Origin: Macrostomum lignano
Lineage: Eukaryota
Reading direction: 5' to 3'
Assembly (NCBI GenBank): GCA_002269645.1
Contig: NIVC01002100.1
Span: forward strand, 62,001-126,000
DNA: 64,000 nt
Shown: positions 24,111-41,030 of the stretch, piece by piece
Layout of the letters: each line of letters begins with the position of its first letter
How positions within the stretch are numbered: position 1 is the first letter of the stretch
The notes under the pieces: generated by a model
The model's input: only the letters and a program-made list of their open reading frames with translations
Database searches by the model: none
What the model was told of the DNA's origin: nothing
Position numbers and translations under genes: made by a program

Positions 24111-26177
24111 GGAGCAGAGGATCAGATCAGAACTGTGATCCTTTTTAACAGTGGCCCTGACTCTGCTTTTGCTTGAGCCTGGAGATTTTTAAAGAAGTCT
24201 TTCAATGAGACACAATAAATTTGAAAATTCATATTTAGCATCCGTGCTGAAAGTCAGGACGAAAAAGGCTTCTCATCGGATCGTGAATTTTCTAATTGAA
24301 GAAAAGCACAAAAAGACAGCGTACAATTTCAGACCAGCATAAAGCAGACCTTACCTTTGTGTGATGACTCGCTGAGCTGACTAAACCAATAATAGATAGG
24401 AAATGCTCCTTCAGCTGTTCCTGACAGAACCGGTCCCGAAAGCGCCACACGCAGCAGTATATAAGGCAGTGGGGCTTTGGGAGGGTGGGGCCTCGCTGAA
24501 TCACAAATGACTGGCTGGGGGGAAGCCCCTCCTGGGCCCTAGCGAGATGAGGCCGGCCGCGGTAAATCGGCGCCCCACCCCCGGCTCTGCCCCTCCAATT
24601 GGGGTTGGCTGGGTCTGCGCTCAGCCGGGCGGGGCCTCCTGTCTGTCTGGTCTCCCCGCCTCCTTGTTCTCCACGGCTTTCGTGGCCATTTCTCCCTTTC
24701 TTTAAACTCTCCGTATCGATTTTCCCCGTCTCCTTTCAACTTGTCATGGGGCAAAGATGTGCACCAAAATCCGCAGCCCCCACCCCCCCCCCCCACCGAA
24801 TGGGCGCCCCCTTATGCAAGACAATGTGGCCTTAAGCTGAGCTCTATATCCTAGGCCTGTTTGACCACACAAGCTGTGTGAAGAGGCACAAGCCAGACAT
24901 GCAATTATTGAACTGCCTGTATATGTTCTCATCCCAAATTTTCTTTAGTCAACGTTTTTTCCTGTTTCGGTTTTAATTTCAATTCGCTGCAATGCCACAC
25001 AGATTAGTCTCATTCATATTCATCGCGGTCGCGGCCCTCGGAAGAGCTTGGACAATTTAGCTACACGCACTCAAGAATCAAGAATCTCAAGAATCTTTTG
25101 CAAGAACATAAGCGAGGTCGATAACTGCGAGTTTGACCATTCTAACGGGATTCCAATCAAAAAGGTCATGATCAATCCAGAAGCATGAGTCACAACCACA
25201 AGCCTTGCATCAGGATTAAAATGTACACTTTATTCAATTCAATTTAATCAACATGAGAGAAGCGCGCGCACTGCTCGGATCATGCTTGCCCCGGCTGGAC
25301 TGCTTTAAAATGTTGCTCAAATAAAAATTTGGATGTTGAAACCATCATAATACATGCGTGTTACTTAAAAATTTTAACTTCTTTTAAGTTTAATGATCAA
25401 TATTTAATTCACCCTCGGAGTGCGTCTCATCTGCTACTGCTGCCCGCGACCCTTCAGAGTGCGTCTCGTCGCGTCATCTGCTGCTGCGCCGCCCCTTTGA
25501 AGTGCGTCTCATCTGCTGCTGCCGTCCCATCGGCCATCAGGAATTTGTCTCATGTAGCCTGCTGCTGCCAGCCTGTCACCCCTTCCCTTTATATTGGAGT
25601 GCGTTCTTGGCATTATACGCGTATATAATGTCATTCGACTCATTTGATTTAAATTGCGCCTCGAAAAAACAGGCCTGATTTAAGAGCCCGTTTCTCAAAA
25701 GAATTCACATTGGGGTTGGCTCGTAGATAAAATTGGTTTATCATCCCGCTTGTCTCGTTGTCGTCAATTAGCGAGATCGTTATTTAGTTATTTTCCAATT
25801 CAAATAAATTTAAACAAGAATTTCTTCGTGCAAAATTCATCGAAATTTATCCAATTCAGGTTTGGCCTGCATCATTCCTAGATAAGCGGCTTTGTGGCTA
25901 AGCATTCAGATGATTAGTATCGTATCATATTCTTAGGCACAGTGACAGCGATAAACAATATGCCTGTACCTCATTAGGCCTAGGCCTATCACTTTTCACA
26001 GTTAACAACCACAACAAGACATTCGAAAACAGGGCAACAATAACATGAAATTTTGGCAGTATGCTTTCACTATGATGAAATTTTATATGAAGAACAGAAA
26101 ACAGTGGAAGAAATCCATATTTTAATGCATTGAGATTTTAGCTATCTGGGTTACCTGTAAATAAAATACTGTTTATC

Positions 26178-26361
26178 CAGTAGTGGATCCAGAAAATTTT
26201 GAACGGGGGGGGGGCGTAGACTACTAAGGTACATATATATATATTCATATCATGTACAAGTATATGTACATGATAAAGTGTATTTTTCATATAAAAAATA
26301 ATAATAATCAAACTCAATGGGGGGCGTGCGCCCAATGCACCTCCCTCTAAATCCACTACTG
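26178..26361. mobile_element. hAT-type MITE (184 bp)
   Basis: TIRs CAGTAGTGGATCCAGA ... TCTAAATCCACTACTG; perfect 8-bp TSD TGTTTATC at 26170-26177 and 26362-26369. Confidence 0.88.
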
Positions 26362-29021
26362 TGTTTATCCTACAATATTAAATTCATTTTAATGTAGGTC
26401 TAGGCCTACTGGCTGGCAGAGGCAGAATAAAAATAAGCGCACAACTAAAAGCATACTGCATATGCCTACAACTAGGTCTAGGTAATACAAATTATACTAT
26501 TAATATTGTGTAACAAGTATGACAATATGCAAAAGTACTATAAAATAAAATAAAGCTATAATATATAAGTAGATTATGCTAGGCTAGGCCTATCTATATT
26601 TCCCAAAGGATATCTAAGTATACTAAATCTCAAAGGTATGTATACAAGAACTAGGCTAGGCCTATCTATGTTTCCCAAAGGATATAAACATCTTAACCCT
26701 AACCTTAGCCTATACTATTGTACAGGGCCCCTCCCGATTTCTTTCTAAAAATAGCTATCGTTTATTACACTTTAAATTCACGCCAAAAACTACGACGCAT
26801 TTTTGTTTTAATATTCATGTTTTGTATAATATTTTACGCGAACTAATTTTTGTTTAAAATCTACTAGAATTTTACTATAAATACAAGCAAATTTGGCAGA
26901 GGGAGAACCAACCTCGCGCATCGCGGTTCGCAATCATACCGATTAATAGCAGTTAATAAGAGTTCCGAGAAAATAAGAATTGAAGAAGTGTTTTCTGTGT
27001 TAATTCCTTTCAAGAAGTAAGAGTGAAGTAGACGGAAGTGTGGACCATATATACTACTAAGAAGGAAAGTGTTGAGTAGTAAGAAGTTGCGAAGTAGATC
27101 TGAAGTAATACGTGTAAGAATAACCGGAGGCTGTGACCCTCTGATCTCGGTAACGCCCAAGGACTTGCAAAGTACATGAAATACATATACCAGTAAGCCA
27201 AAATACCGCTCAGGCCATTATTAAGTAGAACGCTACCAGAATAATAGAACGCTACCAGAATAATCAGAAGAGTACACCTTTCAGGGCTAATAGTTTTTCT
27301 AAGAATAATACTCAGACTAAATACTCAGACTAAATACTCAGACTAAATAGTCAGACTAAATACCCAGACCTATTCTAAGAAACATTTCTCGGATTATTCT
27401 AAGATTGATAAACTCACAATTTATTAATAGGATAATCCTGGTGGCAGCTACCAACCTAAGAAGAACACTTAAGAGATTAGTAAATTAGCCCTGTGATAGC
27501 TTTTGGTGACAGTGTGAAATTACTATTAAGAAGAAAGAATCACCCCTGAAACAACTTTGGTGGCGGCTAGCAAAAGGAATAATTAAGAGCCCTACGACAG
27601 CTTTTGGTACCAGCAGTGGGATAACTAAAGAGGGAAGCAAACCCCCTGTTACACTATTTTGTACCTTAATCTAGTAAAATCTAAAGAAATATTTGGCTAG
27701 TAGCTAGGCCTATATTGATTTCAAGGATACCTAAGCTTAGTTATTAACTAATGCTATATATATCATATAATTTATATATTGTATTCATTAAAAAGTATTT
27801 AAAATTAAAAGTTAAATATTGAATTATTTAGATTTTTAAATCTTAGCCTAATTAAAAAATATATATACTTTTAAATATATTATTAGATACCTAGATAATA
27901 TGGAATTATTATAATAGCTATAGCCATAGGGTTTAAGTCCATATAAGTCCATAGTGAAATAATAAAATATTAGATTTAGAAGGACAAGATAAAAATCACA
28001 AGACTAAGATAAGAGCAAACTTGAATATTTTTTAATAAAAACCCTTTTTGATATTTTGGTATAAGTATATTCTAGTATAATATGGTTATTAATGTTATTA
28101 CATTGTTAAAAAATTAGGAAAGAAATGCTCCTTTCCCCTAATAATTTTTTTGGTAAGCAGTTGCCACCTTGTCTTCTTGGCTTTATTGTATCTATTTAAG
28201 CTTAAGGTTTAAAGCTTGATAGCCTAATACTAATTAATTGCATTATGCATATAGCCTTTGATTTTGATAGGAGGGACATAATTTATTATACCAAGATAAT
28301 TTTAATTAAATAAAGCAATGTTAAGATAGAGTTTTTTAAGCATTATTAAATGGTTATGCATTATCAATTGCTTTATTGATAGGATACTTTATTTCTGCTG
28401 TTAAAGAAATGTAATAATCTGTTTTAGAAAACTGCAAGAATTTATAGCTTCATTTTTATATTTAGCTTGATTATAGGATATTATATAAAGATTGTAATAT
28501 TGTTTAAATAATGCCTAAGAGAAAATGCTTGTATGACTATTGATGTTTTTTATGGAAGTTAGAGTTATCTAAAGGTGGTTTCAAACTATAAATATATTAG
28601 GACTAGGTCCATAAGAATTACCTGCAGACAAATTGCCTACCAAGATTTTCCATAGTTCAATTTTACTGCCAGTGAATTGCTTGCCAAGCTGGTCTACCAA
28701 ACATTTTCCACAATGTTTTTTCCTGTAACACATTTAGCCATGTGCAAATTTTGTCTAGATTGCCCCCATGCTTAATGTAAGTATTAAAATAGAGATTTAG
28801 AGGACTACTATAGAAATGAAAGCCTACCTGAAAAATATGAATTTGATATGCAGTTATTATCATATTAAGACTTACTATTATTTCTATTCTTCTCCTAAGA
28901 CCCAAGGTGTTGAACCCAAAGCTTCAAAGCTGCAGCTGATTTCATTCTCACTTCCAGCCACCGAGCCCACACAAGCCAACTTTCTTTCCCGCCAGCAGCC
29001 GCCTCTCCCTCCAGCCAGCCA

Positions 29022-29717
29022 ATGCGCCAAGCCGACGCTGCCAGCAGCTTTGCCAATGGCGAGGGCAGCGCCGCCTGGGAGGCTGCCAGACGCCGGGCTC
29101 GCCAGCTGGAGTCAGCGCTGGACCGCCAGCTGGTGGAGCTGGCCAGCTGCCGGCGCCACGGGGGCGGTCAGGAGGGCGACTCGCATGACGCCGAGGTGGA
29201 GCGGCTGCTGGCAGAGCTGGAGGCCTGCCACCAGCGCATGGCCGCTGCCACCGCCAACACGGCTAGGGGCAGCTGGGGTCGGCAGTGGCAGCTGCAGCGG
29301 CATCGGGACACCCTGGACGAGTATCGGCGCGAGTGGCTCCGCATTGGGCGCCGCTGCTGGGCTGCTGCCACAGCCGCCGCCGCAGCCGCCGTCGCAGCTG
29401 CCTCTTCCGTGGCGGCAAATGCGGGCGACTTCGGGGTCGACCCGACTTCGCCGCCGCCGTCTCCATCGCCGCAGCAGACAGGGGCTTCCAAGCTGCGACA
29501 GGACGCCACCCTGATTGACATCGGCGTCTGTGCTGACCCAGACGAATCTGCCGAATCACCGCTGATGTCGCCTTCGCATCGGCAGCAACAGCTGCCCTGG
29601 CCCTGCCCCAGGACCTCCTGCGGCGAGTTCTTGGCTGGCGACGGCGACGGCACCTCCGGGCGCCTCGGCGTCCGCGCGAGGCAGCCACAGCCTGCGTTGG
29701 AGCCGGCTGTCTGCTGA
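29022..29717 (+). CDS. Gos1/GOSR1 N-terminal (Habc)-domain-like protein lacking SNARE motif and TM anchor, 231 aa
   Basis: WEAARRRARQLESALDRQLVELAS, EVERLLAELEACHQRM and QLQRHRDTLDEYRREWLRI match the N-terminal domain of Gos28/GOSR1. The C-terminal half is low-complexity. An acceptor-like TTCATTCTCACTTCCAG lies upstream (~28958). Confidence 0.65.
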   Translation: MRQADAASSFANGEGSAAWEAARRRARQLESALDRQLVELASCRRHGGGQEGDSHDAEVERLLAELEACHQRMAAATANTARGSWGRQWQLQRHRDTLDEYRREWLRIGRRCWAAATAAAAAAVAAASSVAANAGDFGVDPTSPPPSPSPQQTGASKLRQDATLIDIGVCADPDESAESPLMSPSHRQQQLPWPCPRTSCGEFLAGDGDGTSGRLGVRARQPQPALEPAVC

Positions 29718-30035
29718 TGCTCATGCTGGTGTACGTGTTCCTGTTCAGATGATGCTCAGGTGTGCTCATGCTGGTGTACGTGTTCCTGTTCAGATGATGC
29801 TCAGGTGTGCTCATGCTGGTGTACGTGTTCCTGTTCAGATGATGCTCAGGTGTGCTCATGCTGGTGTACGTGTTCCTGTTCAGATGATGCTCAGGTGTGC
29901 TCATGCTGGTGTACGTGTTCCTGTTCAGATGATGCTCAGGTGTGCTCATGCTGGTGTACGTGTTCCTGTTCAGATGATGCTCAGGTGTGCTCATGCTGGT
30001 GTACGTGTTTCTGTTCAGATGATGCTGAGGTGTGC
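29718..30035. repeat. 45-bp minisatellite, 7 units
   Basis: TGCTCATGCTGGTGTACGTGTTCCTGTTCAGATGATGCTCAGGTG units start right after the TGA of the Gos1-like ORF. Confidence 0.95.
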
Positions 30036-30835
30036 TAAAGCCTCTTTCCAGTTAGTTTTTATGCCTTGGCTTCATATTTGATAAAGCCTTGAGAACTGCA
30101 AAGCTCTGCAGTCAGATTTTTGTGCACGCATTTTCTTATTGTGCTCTGAATTCCCAATGCTTTGAACTTGTGTCTGTCAGATTATATTAACAATTTAATA
30201 AAATCGCCTAAAACCCTGTACAGAATTTACATGCACGCCAGCCTGTACAATTGGTACTGTACGCGAGAGCGGCTGTTTTATCCCTCTGCACACTAATGAT
30301 TATCCTAATCTTATATTTGTTATAATGTTCTCAGTTGTCAAGATATTCTCAAGAGGTCTCGGCGCTTTTCTCTCCAGTCAGGCTGCAGGTCACAATGGTC
30401 TATTTTATGTTTGAGATTTTCTACAAGAGTTTCTGCCCTCGTAAGCTGCGCATACTACTATGAGTAGTAGTGACTTTTATGCTCAATTGTTAGTGGCTAT
30501 TTATGATCAAATTCATGCCGTTTTTTATATTTTCCAGATTATTAATTGCCTGCTAATTAACCTGCCGCATCGCTGGCGCAAATACAATAAATGCAGAATT
30601 AGCGAGTTCTCGCCTTGCTGTTGCTGGAAGCAACTGGATTTTTTGACAATTAAAACTGTCCATCCGCCAATCGCAATAGAATTTGTGTTTATTTCGTAGG
30701 TTGCAAAAAGATTGGAACGCGAATTCGTAATAACAAAACCGAGAGCAAAAGCTGCCCGTTCAAAATTTGGGCAGCGACAATTAGAGCGGGCGCGGCATGA
30801 TTTTACCGGGTGAATCTGTCAGATTGATCATGAAC

Positions 30836-32434
30836 TCAAGGCATCATCCGGAGGGCTCCGTCCAGCCGGATGCACTCCCCATTCAGCATGGGGTTAGTGA
30901 CGATGGCTTCCACCAGGTGCGCGTACTCTGCGGGGTCGCCCAGCCGCTGTGGGAACGGCACGTTAGCCGCCAGCAGCTTGCGGGTCTTCTCTGGCAGCTT
31001 GGCCAGCAGGGGCGTGTCGAACAGGCCTGCAGAGTACGGGGTGCAGCGCCAGTCATCAACTAGCGAGGTATCCCAATCCCTGAATGAGTTTCCCAATCAC
31101 CTGAATGAGCAATCTAAATCTCTGAATGAGTATCCCAAATCCCTGAATAAGTATCCCAATCCCTGAATGAGTATCCCAATCCCTGAAAGACTATCCCAAT
31201 CCCTGAATGAGTTTCCTAATCTCTGAATGAGTATCCCAAATCCATGAACGAGTTTCCCAATCACCTGAATGAGTATCCCAAATCCATGAATGAGTTTCCC
31301 AATCACCTGAATGAGTATCCCAAATCCATGAATGAGTTTCCCAATCACCTGAATGAGTTTCCCAAATCCCTGAATGAGCATCCCAAATCCCTGAATGAGC
31401 ATCCCAAATCCCTGAATGAGTTTCCCAGTCACCTGAATGAGTATCTTAAATCCCTGAATGAGTTTCCCAATCACCTGAATGAGTATCCCAAATCCCTGAA
31501 TGAGCATCCCAAATCCCTGAATGAGTATTCCAATCCCTGAAAGACTATCCCAATCCCTGAATGAGTATCCCAAATCCCTGAATGAGTATCCCAAATCCCT
31601 GAATGAGTTTCCTAATCTCTGAATGAGTATCCCAAAACTCTGAATGAGTATCCCAATCCCTGAATGAGTATATCAAATGAGCATCCAGAACCCAGTCACT
31701 AACTACAATTCCAAAGCCACTGCAATCAGTTTCCTCACCCGGTGCAATGGTGACCACTCGGATGCCGATGGGGCTGAGGTCGCGGGCCATGGGCAGCGTG
31801 AGGCCCACGATGGCGCCCTTGCTGGCTGAGTAGGCGACCTGGCCCACCTGGCCGTCGAAGGCTGCTACCGAGGCGGTGTTCACCAGCACGCCACGGCCGC
31901 CGTCTTCGTTCGGCTCATTCTTGGCCATGAGCTGCGCGGCCAGCCGGCACACATTGAAAGTGCCGCAGGCGTTCACCTCCAGCACCCTGGCAAACTCCTT
32001 TAACGGGTGCACGGCGTCCTTGTTCCAGTTGTAGGTGCGCTGGGCGATGCCGATGCCAGCGCAGTTGACGGCGACGTCCAGGCCGCCGAACTGCTTGGTG
32101 GCGGCGGCTAGTGCGGCGCCAACCTCCTTCTCGCAGGTGACGTCGGTCTTCTGGAAGACGGCGCCCTTCGGCAGGCTGTCCTCGCCGGCCAGGTCGCAAG
32201 CGATGACGCGGGCGCCGCCCTCCAGCATCCGCTTCACCGTGGCGCTGCCCAGGCCGGAGCCGCCGCCTGTCACCAGCACGCGGAGACCCTGTAAAAATGA
32301 TTGCCAAATTGTGTGTACAGCAAAGCCCAACAGACTACTAGTAGTAGCAGGACAAAAATATCTTAAAATATGGATTTAAATCTTGAAATTGAGAATCATG
32401 CGCTCACCTTCACAGACTTGACAATATGAGCCAT
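30836..32434 (-). CDS. HSD17B10: 3-hydroxyacyl-CoA dehydrogenase type 2 / 17-beta-HSD10 (scully, MRPP2), 255 aa, 3 exons
   Basis: Exons 32434-32408, 32288-31739, 31026-30836. Motifs [62 protein letters not shown] and [17 protein letters not shown]. Confidence 0.96.
31070..31680. repeat. ~21-bp intronic minisatellite (CCCTGAATGAGTATCCCAAAT)n
   Basis: Fills HSD17B10 intron 2; 7-aa periodicity in the ORF track. Confidence 0.95.
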
Positions 32435-35400
32435 TGGCCAGCCCTGGTGTTTGGCTCAGCAAAAATCTGAAATAAGATTTGAAGACAAGGAAGCTTATGT
32501 TATAAAAAAAGTAGCAACTCCAGTGGAGATCAGGACTAATGTTCAAGTGACAAAAATGAGGAAAAACTTGTGGAGAAGAGTGGGGAAGCTCTTGTGCTTT
32601 TAATATATAAAATCAGACCAACAGCATGCCTACTCCACTCCCTTCTGTCTTATACCTTATAGAGTGGCAAGCAAAGGGAATGCTAGGCTTGGGCCCTAGT
32701 CTAAAAGGAGTCATGCCACTAGGAAGACATTAGAACCCTAATGAGCCAAGATTTTTTGGAATAGAGCTTAAGTAGTTTGTTATAGGCTATTAAATGCATT
32801 ACAATATTGCATTATACAATATATACAGTACATTAGTGTTAGTGCATTAACTATAGTTATTATTATTATTAATGACACTAGCCAATTCTAGCAAGCACAC
32901 AGTTTGAATAGGATAGGGGAACAGTTAGTGGTGGTCAAGGTGGGTAGGCCAATGCTTAGCAAGTCCTCTATTAGTGTGGCCCACAGGGTGGTGATGTGGG
33001 CTTGGCCTTAGCACAGGGGTTCAGTTGGGTTATGCAACATCAGGGTGGCATCAGAGGAAGGCATCTTTCCTGAGCTTATGTAGTGGAGGCTAGACCCTCC
33101 TATGCCATTACTATCTACATAACTGCATCCAACCCCAATGTGTACTGATATACAATGTATGATATATAACAATGCTTCAATGCTATATATCTGACTATGC
33201 AAATATGAAATAGCTTAATACCACTACAAGAGGCCAGATAGCCCATTTTTCTTTTCTTTCTTTTTGAGTAATGATAAAGTAGCCTGACATTGACAGTAGG
33301 TTTTGGAGCTTCAATTCATGGAACTTACAAGTATCTGCAGACAGCTTGCACTTCCTGTCTAGTGCCTACAACTGCCCAGATTTAAGACAGTACTAGAGTA
33401 CGATATACTTCTAGACCTTGAACTGATAATGCCTCATTTGAGTTATTACAATCTTAAACTACTAGTAGCTAGAAGCAACAAAGAAATGGATAACACATGG
33501 CTATCCACTTCAACTTGAGTGCTAGGACAAAGATCTAATGGTGGTAGCTATGCTTAAATCCTATTACCAATCTAAATATACTAAATTTGCTACTATTTAT
33601 CTAGTCTAAAAATTAGTATATTATAAAATAGAAGCTACTTCTACTTGTACCATGACCTATAAGCATAAAAGCAAGACTTTAGTATGTCTAATAAAAATGT
33701 AAGGCTATAAATGAGCAAAGCTAAGAAAATTAAATTACAAAGTATTATATGGCTACAAATAGCATAAAGCATTATTTCACCATAGCTTGCAACATGAGAT
33801 AGGCCCTAGTCTAAGGATAATCTAACCACTTTAAAAGGCTCTACCAAAAAAGCAGTGTTGCCATATCTGCACTTTTTGTGTTTCTTCTGCATAGAATTTT
33901 TTGTTGAATATGTGACTATGACCAATGATTTGTTAAAAAAAATTATTTGCAAAGTTCTATTAAGAGAATTAACAATTGACTTTGCTCAATGGTTAAAAAA
34001 GCAATGTGTCTTGCAACTTTTTGCTATTTCACTGTCTCCTTTACAATCAATAACTGCTACTTTCTCTTCTGTGCAAGTGCATAGTTCAGTAGTGCAACAT
34101 AAGTGCAAAAGTCAATGCTTCAGACCTTAATGTTTTTAGCAGAGCAGGTCCAGGTCTCAATTGTTCAGTTACTATAATACCATGAAAATTTCAACTCTAT
34201 CTTAAGCCTACAAAAATGTGTTAAACTCAATGGAATTCAGAGTGGCTGAAAAGTGCAACAAGAATGGCCAAGACATAATAGACATTAGAAGCTAGTGCTC
34301 TCTGGGGAAGCTGCCTTGAGAAGCAGCTTGCAAACTTGCAATTTGTGCCAGACAAGCTTTTCTTTCACACAAAAGGCATTTTGACTTTACACCAGCATTC
34401 AACTGCAGCAAAACATGTTTTGCTTGCCAAGCCCAAATCCCGTTTAGGAAATGCCATACCAGGCAGCTATCACATAATTTTTTTGCAATATTGAAACCAG
34501 CCATCAGTCATTGTAGTGCACGCATGCACACACACGTGCTTACATGCCGTTATCAAAAAACAAAACAAAAACATTTTATTAGAATATTTTTCAACTCCTA
34601 ACAAACAAAATTTTATTCGCATACATAAATTTATAGACTATACAGCATCAAAATTTTTGTCATACTTCGTTTCATCCATAGTACACCTTTTTGACACTGT
34701 AAGTTATTCTTGGAAAAGTGATGATTCTCACAATATCTGGGCTACTAATAAGGAAGTGTTGGATTTAGCATTAGCATTAGCCGCCCGCTTGCTCAATTCG
34801 GCCCTAAAATTGCATTTAAAATATAAGAAATTTTAATACTGTTTCATCTAAATACTAATAGTTTGTGTATTAAAATGAGGCGTCTGTAAATTTTCATGTA
34901 AATGCAAAATGTGATAAGTGCTATGCTGAGTACATGCCTAGGACAAGGCTAGGCCAATTTAAAATTCTTAAGTTAAATTAGGCATATAAGTATAATTACT
35001 TAAACGTAAAGTAACGTAACGTAATTACTTAAGTAAAGAAGGCTAATGATTCTCCAGCTTTAATATTTTGCTACAAAACATGATATAGGCATTTTGTTTG
35101 CAATCTTTGGGTTTTGGATAACAATCACCTTAAAATTGTTTTATATAAATAAAATTTGGAAGTTCTTAAACCGATAGAATAAACTGTTTCCAGAGATAAA
35201 AGATTTCGACTTTCATGGAATGATGAGCAATGATCATCATCCAAAAGATTGCCATTATGTTAGACATTAAGTCATTAATAATAGTGGTACTAGGGCCTAG
35301 TAATAGGCCCTAGTGTGACATTTTACTATACTATTTATAGCCATCTGCATCTAGTTAGATCTGGGTAGGCCTATAGGCCCAAAACTTAAAGTTTGCTCTA

Positions 35401-35469
35401 GACATAAAATTTAAATAAGTACATCCTAGTACCTAAACCTAATAATAACTCTAGTCTAAGCAAGGGTCC

Positions 35470-35700
35470 TAGTCATTTCGTCAACTGGCATTTCGTCAAC
35501 TGGCCATTTCGTCAACTCAGTTTTACCACTGGTCATTTTGTCAACTAGCCAATGAAGCAATCTCAAACCTTGGTCACTTCATCAATTGGCCAACAAGGAG
35601 TTTCCCAACATTGGTCATTTCGTCAACTGCCAATAAACTATCTCCCGCAGTCGCAAAAAAATAAAACTAAACCCTGAAGTGAAATGACAAAGTTGACAGG
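35470..35700. repeat. Clustered CATTTCGTCAACT motifs, probable non-autonomous DNA-transposon fragment
   Basis: About 6 direct copies plus an inverted GAAATGAC...GTTGAC copy at the right end; no clear TSD seen. Confidence 0.45.
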
Positions 35701-36313
35701 CTAAATATTCATAGGCCTACCCTTCTGCAATATCTGCCAGCTTTTGATCAATGCGTCTGCTATATGCTCATACATGTACTAACAAAATATTAAATGCGCT
35801 CATATATTTGAAATATATACAGTACCACATGGTTGGCATCCTGTGTTACACATTTGTGGCATTTCCGGATTTTGAACCTGGGGAATTCCAATCCTTGGAA
35901 CTATTTTTGCATGTATTTTAAAGTATAAGGTCATGCAAACTCAAACAAAAATTTGTTATTCATTAGGATAGAGTTAAACATAAAATAGAGTACATTCATG
36001 TAAAATTAGGATTTGAGGCAAACATTGATATTGTCAGCTAGGATGCTGTGCAGAATGTCAGGCAAACTCTGGCCTCTTTTACCTCTGCCTCTCCCTATGT
36101 CCCTTGCATCCTTTGAAACTTGTATTTTATCTTCTGTTTCCTCTCTTCGCTCTTGTCTCTTGTCTCTTTTCTCTCATTGCATATTGCACATAATTTCTTC
36201 GATGCACGCTTTATTGCATACTTACTTACTTACTTACTACTGACGGGGGGCGCAGGCGCCGCGAATAGGCCGCGAGGCCCCTATCGCAACCCCAAGGTAA
36301 AAGAGCACAAGGA

Positions 36314-41030
<4,717 letters not shown>

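Noticed and set aside
24070-24115. Hammerhead ribozyme (CTGATGAG)
   Set aside because: No stem II/GAAA partner; it is part of a decaying G-rich repeat.
28663-28905. Coding remnant in the AT-rich block before the Gos1-like gene
   Set aside because: Short ORFs with no recognisable motif; possibly decayed TE sequence, but this cannot be supported by eye.
30085-30120. SECIS element (TTGA...CTGCA-AAGCTC-TGCAG...AGA)
   Set aside because: The helix between the UGA core and the apical AA is only about 7-8 bp, shorter than the canonical 11-12 bp.
36207-36219. LINE targeting a spliced-leader gene (TTTATTGCATG resembles the 3' end of a flatworm SL as I recall it)
   Set aside because: Only about 11 nt match; upstream bases differ and there is no SL-RNA donor or Sm site, so this is likely chance.
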